Both the position numbers and the translations under genes were made by a program. From NCBI GenBank assembly GCA_030264375.1, contig JASCQW010000119.1, positions 48,075,237 through 48,139,236 on the forward strand: a DNA stretch of 64,000 bases, written 5' to 3'. Position 1 is the first letter of the stretch. Each line of letters starts with the position of its first letter. This DNA comes from Carcharhinus longimanus. Lineage: Eukaryota. The notes beneath the pieces were generated by a model, which worked only from the letters and a program-made list of their open reading frames with translations, was not told the origin of the DNA and searched no databases. This document shows, one piece after another, positions 39,415-51,031 of the stretch.

Positions 39415-42400
39415 GCTCTAGTTGTGTCCTTCATCAACTGGCTTTCTGGACTACACCGTGGTTGCCTAAAAGATGAATTGGAAGATAAGAAAAAAATCAA
39501 CCAGAAAATTGCAATCCCAGTAGCTGTTATGGAAAATAGCAGAAAGCAATGCAAATTGCTGAATATGATTACCTGCTGATGATCTCAGAGTCAGAACTAT
39601 ATGGCCCGTAGAAGAATTAAATGGATAGTGTGAATCCAGATTATGTCCCTGCCAAAGAGGAAACAATGTATGGCCTTGGAATTGTCACTTCTCCAGAAAT
39701 AAAGTATTTTTATGAGCAGGATGCTCATCATCAGGAAAGTTTGGATCTTCTATCGGAGTTTATTGAATGACAATTAAAAGAAAGAAGATCTTTTAAGTTC
39801 CTGTGAGACATGTTTAGATTGTGATTTGACTTCTAGTCATTTCATGGACGAACATATCATGAACTTTAACAGATTATATAAAAGATTGACAAAATTCAAT
39901 TTGGGGATCCCGGGATCAGCACTAGCATTTAAAATGTGGATTGTGCTAAGGTCTTTCAGATGGGACAGGCAACTGGTTCTAATTGGTGTTTAGTTCTGAG
40001 AAAGGGAGGTCCTATAAGATCAGATACCTCTGCCTTTAAAAAGTCCTTGGGGAATCAGTCATTTCTTTTCTGGAACAAATGGGACATTGCCAGATTTAGG
40101 AATTGTTCAGACATTGGACATGGGCGCCAATGCAATGGAAAAATTAAAGAATGAGAATTAAAGCATGTTTAGTAGATCTGGTGATTACGACAGAAGACAG
40201 AATTAGAGCAGCAATAAGAGATTACTGAATCTAAGGAAAATCCAAGGAACAATTAATAGGTGTTTCAGGTGTGTTTTGAAATACCATTATGTGATGAACT
40301 ACCTAAAACGAAGGCAGGGGTCCAAACATATACACAACAAAGAGGCTTCTGAGGAAGAAAATAAGAAATAATGTACTTATCATCCAGAGTTTTAATTCTG
40401 CGATGAATGTGTTAGTTGCAGACTCATTTAACTGGTCTGTGCTCAGAGCATTTGCACTTCAACAATATGTAAATCAGATTGAAATATTATCCCGCTTTTA
40501 TTTTGGATTCCACTCATTTCTTAGATTTGGACTCTGGTCAATTTTTCAGTCAGATTTTGTAGTTTAATCAACTTTTGGCTCACTTGTAACGGCTTTATTC
40601 TGGCCATGAGATCCCAATTCCTCTTACGGCATGAGCGAAAGGCAAATTGAATTTCTTTCCTCTCTCTAACTGTCCATGAACAGAATGTAGTTTTGAATTA
40701 TTTTTAAAGTAGGCTGTGTTGTGTTTTCCCAAACCTTCAGTTTGTGTTTTCCAATTTACTAATAACTCACAGCAAACATGTGTTATGATTAACTTAGAAG
40801 GTAGTTCATTAATATTAAAACTTGAGAGAGGAGTGTTTGCAACATGCCACTCTACTACACATACACATGCATAGGGGAGGATAGATAAAATAAGTTTTTA
40901 CAATTATGGATAGCAAAGGAAGCACATAAACATATATTAGTTCATGTGATTATCAGAGTCCAGAGTCAGAGGTCAGTGAGGAGTCTTTTCACATCGGAGC
41001 TCCAGTTCAGCTGGCTGAAGACCGAAATTGCTGGGTTCTGTTTACAGTTGATGCTGATGCCATAAAATGAAGTCAATGCACAGAGACTGGGTCAGTTCTG
41101 CAGTCAATGGCAAGAAGTCTTCCAATAGAGGCAAGCTTCGAGCAGGCAGTTGCTCAGCCTGGTGTTGTGCTTCTTGGTGTTCACTGGTTGGATGTTAAAC
41201 TGCAGACTGAGGTCTGATCATTCTCAGATCGCAAATAAATATAGAGATTTCAAAGTGGTAATTTGAGTCTTGTGACTTCCTTTCTCCACATTGATTTCAA
41301 AAGTAATGTTAATCCAGTGTCTGGAACTGGGTTTGATAAGATCCCATCCATTGGCTTTTGAAAAAGTTACTATCCATATTGAGGTTCTTGTGTGGGAAAG
41401 CCATTGTCCAGGCAGATTCTCTAACTCCACTACTGGGATAAGCTTATCAAGATGTAAACGATGTCCATTGTCCCCTCAATGGTTCCCCTGTGAAATGGAC
41501 CTGGACAATTATTAACAGTCTGTTCACAGCTCTTCTGCAGGCACAACAAGTTTTGATCTGCCAGTTCCCTGGTTTTGCAATTGTAATATCCTTGCAATTG
41601 GGTCTGTGATTCCACAAAGCTGATGAGGATGATTTGTTCTTTTAACTCCTGTTGGTAGCTTCCAAATCAGTCATGACTTTTAGCAGCCATCTTTTTTAGG
41701 TTCAGCAGAAACTCCAATTTTAAAATTAGCAACAAGAATAAAGTTTTGATACGTATAATTTTGGATTTCATGTCATATTGACATTATTATAAAAAATCAT
41801 GGAGAAGTCTATAGGCATTGGATGTTTCTGTTGGAGAATGGAGGGGAATTCGTCAGTGGTGAGTATAGAGAGATATATGAAAAGAGAAAAATCTTAAATG
41901 GACTCTGTGAAAGGAATCATTTGGTAATCAAGAAAATATTGCAGGAAGTTTTGGCTTCTGGTGATTGAAGAAATGCTGCATGAAATTTTAGCTAATCAAC
42001 CAGCCTAACGTAGACAGTTCATGTAAAAATATTACTCCAGGTAGCTGGAGGATATTGTCCCTGTCAAACTATGAACAAAATCCCAAATTGCCTTCTATGT
42101 TGTGCTCCAGGAAGTACTGCAATTTGTTCTCTTTTTCTGCATATTTGAACACTTTGCATGCAGAGAGACTGGCTTTCGTCAAGACTGAGGTTTCAGAGAA
42201 GATTCAGAGAGTGCTAAGGCATCAGATAAGACCGTGCTAGGCAGTGGTTAATTTAAAAGTAGTGTAGTTCAAAATGGAGAGATATCGAGAATGGAAAGGC
42301 CTTAGTAAGGTAATTGGTTGTAAAAGTAAGACAGCACTTATCAAACAAGCAGTCAAAGTGTTATAGTTCACTCCTCATGGTCAACTGGAATTAATTACAA

Positions 42401-44717
42401 CATTTTGGATTCCTATAGAAGCAAACAATTTATCCTGTACCTTAGGTGCTCGTGTGTTTGGTGAAGAAGATTCCAAGGAATAGAATATGGAGAATGATGA
42501 AGTGAATGGTTAAGACACACATAACAGAGCTATCACATCTAAAGACCAATTGCCTATGGTGGAATATATATATATATGTGTATATGTATATATATTCCAT
42601 AAGGGTCAAGTGAAAGTTGGAATACAACAAATGTGGGAAATGCAGAAAAAGCTACTGGCAACTTTAAATATTGATTGAACAAGATGGCCAAGGAGTGAGG
42701 TCCATAGATTGGTAGAATGGACTGAAAGGAGAGTAAAAAGGCACAGTGCAAGTATGTTAGTCAGTCCGAATTGACTCTTACATCAGAAAAAGACCTCACA
42801 CTGAAGAAAGAGTCTCCAATAATGCGATCTTGCAGTAGCAGTCCTGACATACATAAAATCATATGTAGAAGCTATAACTTGAATAGATTGCATAATGAAA
42901 TAAAGACCGCAAAACAATTGCAGAACACAACCAAAAAACAGAATCTTCATGAGCTTGAAATTTTGGCAACTGCCTATAAATTGAGGCTAATTAGAAAGGG
43001 AAAGTGAAAGGAATTAGATTGTTTGAGAGTGTTTAGACATTATTAAGTTCCAGATAAGGGAAAACAACTTTGTCAAACAGTTGGATTTGTACAGTAAAAT
43101 AATCTTGAAAATGGGATTTATAAGTCTAAAATTAGGCTAGTTGTGGGAATTTTAGAGTAACTGAGTAACTGGGTGACTCAGATGTTAATGTTGACATTCC
43201 TATAGCTGGAAAAATAATCTTGGAAATCTTTTTAGCCCTTTTGAAAGTGTAGGTCAATTATCATAAAAGCTGAATTTCCACAGGGAGATGCTTTTAAAAC
43301 CTGAATGAAACTGCCAGTGTGTTGTATTTGTCGGTGAGATCTGTTTTGCTAAAAAAGCGGGTGTATTCACCTAAATGCAGTTACAACAATGTTTCATTAG
43401 TGTAAAAGAAAAACCTTCAGGCATCTTCATGATGCACGTTGATGATTTTATAAGAATTGTGTTATTTATAAGACCCAAACTGAATTTAAGATGAGGAGTC
43501 TGGCTTGTGGGGTTGTTAAATATATTGGTTTCAATATTAAGCGGCACAGGTCTGGAATAACTTTAGATCAACAGTCTATTCCTTCTTAGAAAGCAGTACT
43601 TCCATCCTGGTTAGTTGTACGAGATCCTCACAGAAAAGTGATATTTTGGAAAACTTCCAATAAAAATATTCTTTAAGAAAAGAAAAAGAAAGGTGATGTC
43701 TTTTCTAACGAGAGGGAGCAATTACAAATCTTGATTGGTCAGTTGAAATGATTGAGAACTCAGACTAAATCAGATGCTCGTTTTGATGTGTTGGAATTGA
43801 GCACTATGACAAAACAACCTAAATTCAACAATGTTTTACAAGCAAATACAACATTACAAAATAAATCTGGAGAAAAGCACATTCGGGTTTTCACCCTTAA
43901 GTCTCCAAAATAAAATTAATCTGTTATTTTTAGCAATGCCTTTGATGTTAATCTTCTTGATGAGTATTCGGGTGCGGCTGGTTTCATAATATTTTTGACA
44001 GGTGAAAATGGAAAATGTTATCCTTTAGCTTCAGAGAAGCTAAGAAAAAATAAGTTGTTCGAAGTATTTTGGCTGCTGAAACACTGACTGTTGTGAAGGC
44101 ATTGGATATGGGATTCTAAATATCAAGTATTTTATGTGAGATTGTGTGCAATAAGCCTACTGAAGATAATATATCAATTTAGTGTAATGTAGTTAATCAT
44201 TCATTGTGGGATAATATACACTCCACAAAATGTTATTGAGAAAAGGCTACCCATTGACCACGCTGGCTTGAAATAACTGCTGTGAAGAAAAAAATTCTGA
44301 AAGTGAAATGCATGGATGCAAGTCAGCAACATTCTGACTGTTTCACAAAATGAAATTCATGTTCAAAAAAATGGTTTGAGATCTTAATGGAAAGGAACCT
44401 CTCAATGTTGTGCTTTTTTAGAGGATATGGATCTTTTTGATTCTGAAGGGTGGCATGGACAAGTTGGGCCGAAGGGCCTGTTTCTTTGCGGTAAACCTCT
44501 ATGACTTTATTTTTTATTTAAGGATCAGTTAATTGTATATTAATTGTATGCAAGTGGTTGGTATTAACTGATAATTCACTTGAATCACCATAAATAAATG
44601 CAAACAAACTGGCTGTTGGGTGAGGAGGTGTATGCTTGTGATGTGTAAATAAGCATAATATAAAAGATTGGCTGCAGTTCTATCCTTCATCAATTGGCTT
44701 TCTGGAGTTTTACACAC
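39415..44717 (+). mobile_element. Decayed Ty1/copia (GalEa-like) LTR retrotransposon, copy 2
   Basis: LTR-end repeat tccttcatcaa(c/t)tggctttctgga at ~39428 and ~44682. gag start homologous to copy 1 (AEYDY..; LPKRKQ), integrase (FLLENGGEF), RT (FMMHVDDF; LIGQL), RNase H (VVRSILAAETL; EKRL.ID). Confidence 0.8.
40290..41790. mobile_element. Probable LTR-type insert within copia copy 2
   Basis: Non-homologous block starting TGTGATGAA that interrupts the element between gag and integrase. Boundaries are approximate. Confidence 0.4.
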
Positions 44718-46501
44718 AAAGTAGTACCTTAGGTTCAACCATCTTCAGTTGCTTCATCAGTGATTTTCCCTCTACCATAAGGTAGAAATTGGGGATGTTT
44801 CTTGATGGCTATACTGTTCCATTCAATTTGCAACTTCTAAGATATCATAGAGGTCTGTGCTTGCATTCAACAAAATCTGGAACATTTGCTTTTGAAGGGT
44901 TAACAGTTGGCCTCCACTAAATAGCAGTGCTTTTTGGCTGCACACCATTAAATGACATAGTCATTAGTGAGGGGACGCTGGGATGTCTCCTCAGCCAAAT
45001 ATCTTCCTCTTGTGGTTGCTCCTATTTCTTATTTCTTACAAGGCACAGCTGAATCGTGAGGTCAGCAATTAGCATATTCATCTCATTCCTAACGGGCATC
45101 CTATTTCTCCCAGGTCACAAGAGGTGTAAAATTGAGTAGACTTCCAAGACCTACTGAGATCTACCATTGCACACGATCACCCGACAATTGGTTTTGGATT
45201 TCTGGGCAGTCTCTCCCTTTTGTCCTCATTCTGCCTTAAGTGTGGGTTCCAATCAAACTGCAGCCATCCTCCCCCGAGTGTGAGACCCTTCAAACTGCAT
45301 GAGGGGAGACACAGCCCATTCTCAAATCCCCCACTGTGCTCTGGCAGCTTGGCCTTTCATGGGACCCAACCCGGGTAACTCATAGTCTCCCCTAGTGCAG
45401 AGGTGAATGTACAGGTTCACACTTATGTGGAGCTGTAGTAAATGGCGGTGGTGTAACGTCATGCTGGCGCCTGTTGAATATCCGGTGACGGGTAGAGGGG
45501 GGTGGTGAAAGTCTCGGAGAGGGTGCTTGCTAATGACATGCTAATGTCTTAAAATGAACTTTCTGCAATTCCGCAGTGTGTTTCATGCCATTCTGCCAGC
45601 TAGGGGCTGGTAAGATTGGAACTCAGAAACTTGCCAACACAAATTGTGCTTTCCAGATTTTGAGCACATTCCACTATTCCCACAGACAGGGAATGTGGAT
45701 TCCAAATCACCCCCAATATTTGGAGTCTGTTTCCAGCATTTTCTGTTTGATTGCAAAGAAAATGGAATTGGATACAAATTGAAAAGGTAAAATTTGCAGG
45801 TCTATGGGACAAAAGCAGGGGCATTAGACCAATTGGTGGATCTTCCAAAGTGTCATAGGCATGAAAGCCCGAATGGCCTCCTTTTGTGCTCTATGATTCC
45901 ATGTAATTCACCTCTCTTTTTAAATTCATACATTCTGTGTTTTAATTAGTGTGGCTAATTTACCTTGGCAATTTTAATCATAAATGTGAATTTAGGTATT
46001 TTTACTTTGAGAGTTGACAGGAAGTATGTGCAGACTAATATGGATAAAAATGGAATATTTACTACGGGTCTTGCAAAACCAAATTATACTGACATCTCGC
46101 TTACAGCTGACTAAAACCATTTGTAGAAGATATTGAAACAAGGTGACAAAATCAATTCCTGCCCAGTTAGAGTTGTCAGGTAGAAATGTATTTATTTTTA
46201 TATACTTCCAGATGTTAAACATTTACTTTCTGTCAGAGGCCATTTCATATCAGAAGCTGAAAATGCAGCATTTTGCTTTGACTTCATGCATAATCTGTTT
46301 TGTCATCTGTGCCGGTCTTATGGTTTGTGTACAAACTAGACACCTGTCTCCAGGACAATAAAGTAATCACAGCTGTGTGCTCAAAGGTCAGTTTGACTTC
46401 ATACACAGGGAGTGCATACTGCCCATGGAACTTTATGCACCTAATTCTGATGCATGAAATTAAACTCTGCTTACGTAATGGCCAGTTGCAGCCATTTTAA
46501 T

Positions 46502-46792
46502 CATAGAATCCCGACAGTGCAGAAGGAGTCTGCACCAACCACAGTTCCCTCAGACTCTATCCTTGTAAACCCATGTATTTACCCTGCTATTCCCTTGACA
46601 CTAAGGGGCAATTTAGCATGGCCAATCCACCTAGCCTGCATAAATTGAAATGTGGGAGGAAACCAGAGCACCTGAGGAAACCCACGCAGACACGGGGAGA
46701 ACATGCAAACTCCACACAGTCGGTCAGCCAAAGCCGGAATTGAACCCAGCTCACTGGCAGTCTGAGGTAGCAGTGCTAACCACTGTGCCAGC
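46502..46792 (-). mobile_element. HE1-like V-SINE, near full length
   Basis: Reverse complement of tggcacagtggttagcactgct...gggttcaattcc...tggagtttgcatgttctcccc. Confidence 0.8.
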
Positions 46793-46952
46793 CTAATGAT
46801 GCAATTGTTTTGTTTAATGATAAGGATATATACTTAAATAATTCTCTCCAAGATTTAAGCTGACCAAGAGAATTTTTTTAGATGTTTGAATACATTTGGT
46901 CACCTTTTTACTTGTGGGAGCCTATCGAATATTTTGTTTAGGCAGCTATTAA

Positions 46953-47150
46953 AAGGTAATGTCGTCATAGTCCCAGATGAACATTGGCTGTGACTGGTGG
47001 TAAATTAACCTGAGGATCACCACACCTCAGATGAAGGGCAAGGTTTAGATGGCGGGCCTTTATGAATAACCTCAGACGGTATTGAATCCACACTGTTAAC
47101 ATCACTCTGCATCACTAACCAGCTGTCCAGTCAACTGAGCTAAACCAACT
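46953..47150 (-). mobile_element. tRNA-derived SINE (different family)
   Basis: Reverse complement tggtttagctcagttgactggacagctgg...; homologous to 54588-54772 (+) and ~8580-8690 (+). Confidence 0.6.
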
Positions 47151-47924
47151 CCCGTTATACTACAACTGTCGCATTAACACTAAGCCATTTGCTTGACATC
47201 AACAGTGCACTCACAATATAAACACAATCTGAATCTGAAGTCAGGTCTGTAAATAATGTTATAATTTTTGGACCTACTCTAGACACTCTTTTAGATTCAG
47301 TGGCAATGATGATTTATTGAGCAGATTCTTCATTTCTACTTAATTAATTGCCATTGCCCAATGCATATACATAGAAAAACTGAGCATCTAACAATGCATC
47401 CATAATCTCACTAACTGAATATTGCAGGGATAATATTTGGCAGACACTAATAGGACAATGGGAAGGGCCAGTGCAAAAATATTAGGCACTCTAAACAAAC
47501 CTTCAGCCTTGTGCACCAAACAAAACCCCAATAAGCATGCAGAAATTAATAAGGTATGACCAAAAATTATGCACTATTATGGATTTAATTTACACAAAGC
47601 GAGACTATTATGACTGATTATACATCCTCATTGTTCTATATTTTTCACAGGATGTGTACTAGGAAAAAATACATATTATAATGTGTAATATGAGTCACAC
47701 GATATAAAATTTGTTTCTGCAGCAGATGTTAGATGATCTTATGTGCAATTTACATAATCAATAATCATTTCAATAGACTAGACTAGATTATGTTCTTTGA
47801 TATCTTTTACTGGTTCAAACTTTTGGAATACTAAGTAGAGGTGAACAAATTTATAAAACTTTTGCATTAAAGTAAGGAAGATAATATGAAATTTTGGAAG
47901 ACTACAATGTAATAACTTGGAAAT

Positions 47925-48150
47925 CTGCCTCACAGCACCAGGGACTCAGGTTCAATTCTGGCTTTAGGTCATTGTTTTTGTAGGTTCCCTCCGGCTGCTC
48001 CGATTTCCTGGTACACTCCAAAGATGTGTGGGTTAGGTTGATTGGCCCTGTTAAATTGCCCCTTAGTGTCAGAAGGATTAGCAGAGTAAATACGTGGGGT
48101 TTCGGGATCAGAGCCTGGGTGGGATTGGTCTCCTTCTGTAGAGATTCTAT
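47925..48150 (+). mobile_element. HE1-like V-SINE
   Basis: ctgcctcacagcaccagggactcaggttcaattc...tccaaagatgtgtgggttagg. Confidence 0.7.
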
Positions 48151-49875
48151 ATATGCCATTCATTCCCGCTGCTGAAGTCTGTTTGTTTACCTATGTGATT
48201 GCATGAATAGTTAATTTCCACCCCCTCGTCCCATTTTGCCTTGGCAACAGGAGCAAAGTTTATAAAGGATTTATGAAGTTGCTGCCTTCCCCGATGGCTT
48301 TGCAGAGAGGTTCAAATTATTTTCATAGTTGGACCTCATTTCTACTTTCACAGCAGGCTGTGAGCGCCGATCCAATACAGGGCAGATTGCAATCCGAATG
48401 TGATGAGTTTAAAAGAGGCAGGAGGAAAACAATGGTGTGGCGTTGTGGAGGTGGTTCATAGAGGTACTCGACCAGGTAGGGAGGTTTTTTCCTGGGGCCA
48501 AATGCTTCCAAAACTACATTTAGGGGTTCCTTTAAGGAATGCAGCAGGTTCGGCCTCTTTATGCCCAATATCAGTGAGTGGAATGTGCACACTTTACGCA
48601 CCTCCATTCGCACCTCATAATCTTGTTGGGATTCGATGGACATCCTAGGTCCCTGATTTACATATTCCCCAAATACAACAGTCCTTATGATGTTGTCGCA
48701 AGAATGAGGAGGAGTTCAGCCCCTACTAGCAGAGACGATGGAAGTTGCCACTCATGTCTTTTGCACGGATCCATCCTCACGATCTTTCAGCAGGCGGAAT
48801 TCATAAAAGAATTCTGGTCAGGCGACACGTAGTATGTAAAATTAAGAAGCTAATTTATTATATCAAATACAAGTGACTTAACAGGAGAGTGTAGCCAGAA
48901 TTTTCTCTTTCAAACTTTTTCCAAAGCACTTCATCGCAAGTGTGAAATGCACGACGTGGTTAGAATACTCATATTTAAACTGTCCTCTGGTCAGTCTCTC
49001 GTTGAACCTTAAATGTGTAAATCAACCCAATCCCTGCCGCGCAGTCTCTGAATTCACTCACTTCCTGACATATGTCCCTTTGTCTTCATGCTCACAGGAA
49101 GGGCTGTCCCTCCGACTTCTCTCTAGCCATGGTTGTTTGATAGGTCTGTCAATTATATTGGCTATTGCCTTCCTCCACAAAGACCCCAGGAGTGCATGCA
49201 TTCTCAGAAGGTGACCCAGTGCAGTTGCATACATACTCCAATGCTTCGCAACTGTAGATGTGAATGTCTGGTGGCAGTCTGGGAGAAGCTAATGAATTCC
49301 ATATTGTCCATGTATGTGGATAACATCTACAGTATTGCCTGGTTATTAACATATCAATCTTCGTTTGTTTGGGCAGCAGAAGTATTTGGTTCTGAGGATA
49401 TTCAAACTGTGAATTGACTTTAATTTGAAACACTCATTTCCAAATTTGTTCTGTGAAAAAATGTCTCAAAATGCAACATCAAACACTAGTGAAGCAGGAT
49501 GAGATTCCTTAGGGCAGTCTCACTCCACTCAGGTCATGCTTCACCCTTGATTTATGCTAGTATCAATGTAAAGCCCAAATTACCTTCCAACATTGTGTGC
49601 AAGCCATATAGTAGGAGAGGGTAACTGTTATCCAGCTATGTTGTATTCAAGTCAAACTAAAAGGTACCATCCACACTATGTGTAAACAATCTTTTTAAAA
49701 AATTATTTACTCCATCCTTAAAGTTACAAGGCCAGAGTGGACAAGGCAAACCCAAGTCCATTCCTTCCTTGGTCCAAAAACCAAATTCAAAATCCAAGTG
49801 AATCCAATTCATGGTCCGCACAAGAGAGACAATCACAAAAAAAGCTGATGAGATAAGCCATTGCACCCCATCTTG

Positions 49876-50174
49876 ATCTTCAGGTCGTCGTTGGTCACCG
49901 GTATAGTGCCAGAAGATTGGAGGTTAGCGAATGTTGTCCCATTGTTTAAGAAGGGGAACAGAGACTTCCCCGGGAATTATAGACCGGTGAGTCTTACTTC
50001 TNNNNNNNNNNNNNNNNNNNNNNNNNNNNNNNNNNNNNNNNNNNNNNNNNNNNNNNNNNNNNNNNNNNNNNNNNNNNNNNNNNNNNNNNNNNNNNNNNNN
50101 NTTTTAACTGGTCGGCGCAACATCGTGGGCTGAAGGGCCTGTTCTGCGCTGTAATGTTCTATGTTCTATGTTCT
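49876..50174 (+). mobile_element. Young CR1 insertion (middle hidden in gap)
   Basis: GIVPEDWRLANVVPLFKKG..PGNYRPVSLTS, (tgttcta)n tail, 6-bp TSD ATCTTG (49870-49875 / 50175-50180). Confidence 0.85.
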
Positions 50175-50191
50175 ATCTTGGGCTTGATCTG

Positions 50192-50225
50192 ACTCTTGAT
50201 CTTAACCAAAAGGCTGTGAAGTAAC
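50192..50225 (-). pseudogene. U2 snRNA 5' fragment (nt ~1-34)
   Basis: Minus strand GTTACTTCACAGCCTTTTGGTTAAGATCAAGAGT vs U2 ATCGCTTCTCGGCCTTTTGGCTAAGATCAAGTGT: 27/34 identical, ungapped, with three mismatches at CpG positions. Confidence 0.75.
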
Positions 50226-50856
50226 CATTAATTTATGTCAAAAGTATGGAAAAGAAAACTTGACCATGATTATTCGAGCTTAAGTTAATGTCCAGAGTAG
50301 GAATCACCTCACATATTTGACTTCATATAATTAGTGGATAATTGCCCCAAAATATATTAATGTATTTGAAAATGACATTAGTTTTTGACTCCAACTATAA
50401 TTGAAATATTTCATATTTGCACCAGTTTGTTTAGCTTCATTTATGATTATTTAATCTTTCTCTATTTGTTATTTCCATATTGTACTGAAAATACAAGCTA
50501 TTTATTAAATTCTGCTGATAAATATGTCTTAAATTGAATAGTATGTTTTTTCTCTTAGAATATGCCAGACACATATAAGCGGTGAAATTCTCAGTAGAAT
50601 ATTGCAAAGGCTATCTAGAAATAATTAAAGGTTAAATTGTAATATACCAGTTAATCCTTCATCGTGGTATATCTTTGTAATAACAGGATAACAGTGGGCA
50701 GTCATTGAAAGTGGGGATCAGACTGAAATATTGAAAAACTAACAACTTGTATGAAGAACTTATTTCATGCACATGGGCTTGTGAACAATATTCACCTTGC
50801 ATGATGAACATCTAACTTTTTTTGTTAAAGAGAAAATACATGGCACTTACACTGGT

Positions 50857-51031
50857 CATGATGTGGATATGCCAGCGTTGGACTGGGGTAAACACAGTAA
50901 AAAGTCTGACAACACCAGGTTTAAGAGAACTCTCCATTCACCTGACAAAGGGACTAACCTCGAAAGCTAGTGATTGTACTATAAAATAAATCGGTTGGAC
51001 TTAAACCTGGTGTTGTCGGACTTTTTACTGT
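50857..51031. mobile_element. 175-bp fold-back Penelope-type mini-element with minimal hammerhead core
   Basis: 32-bp inverted repeat (50894-50925 / 51000-51031, 1 mismatch). 12-bp direct repeat ACTTACACTGGT (50845-50856 / 51032-51043). TCAC-CTGACAA...GAAA-GCTA-GTGA at 50938-50973. Confidence 0.7.
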
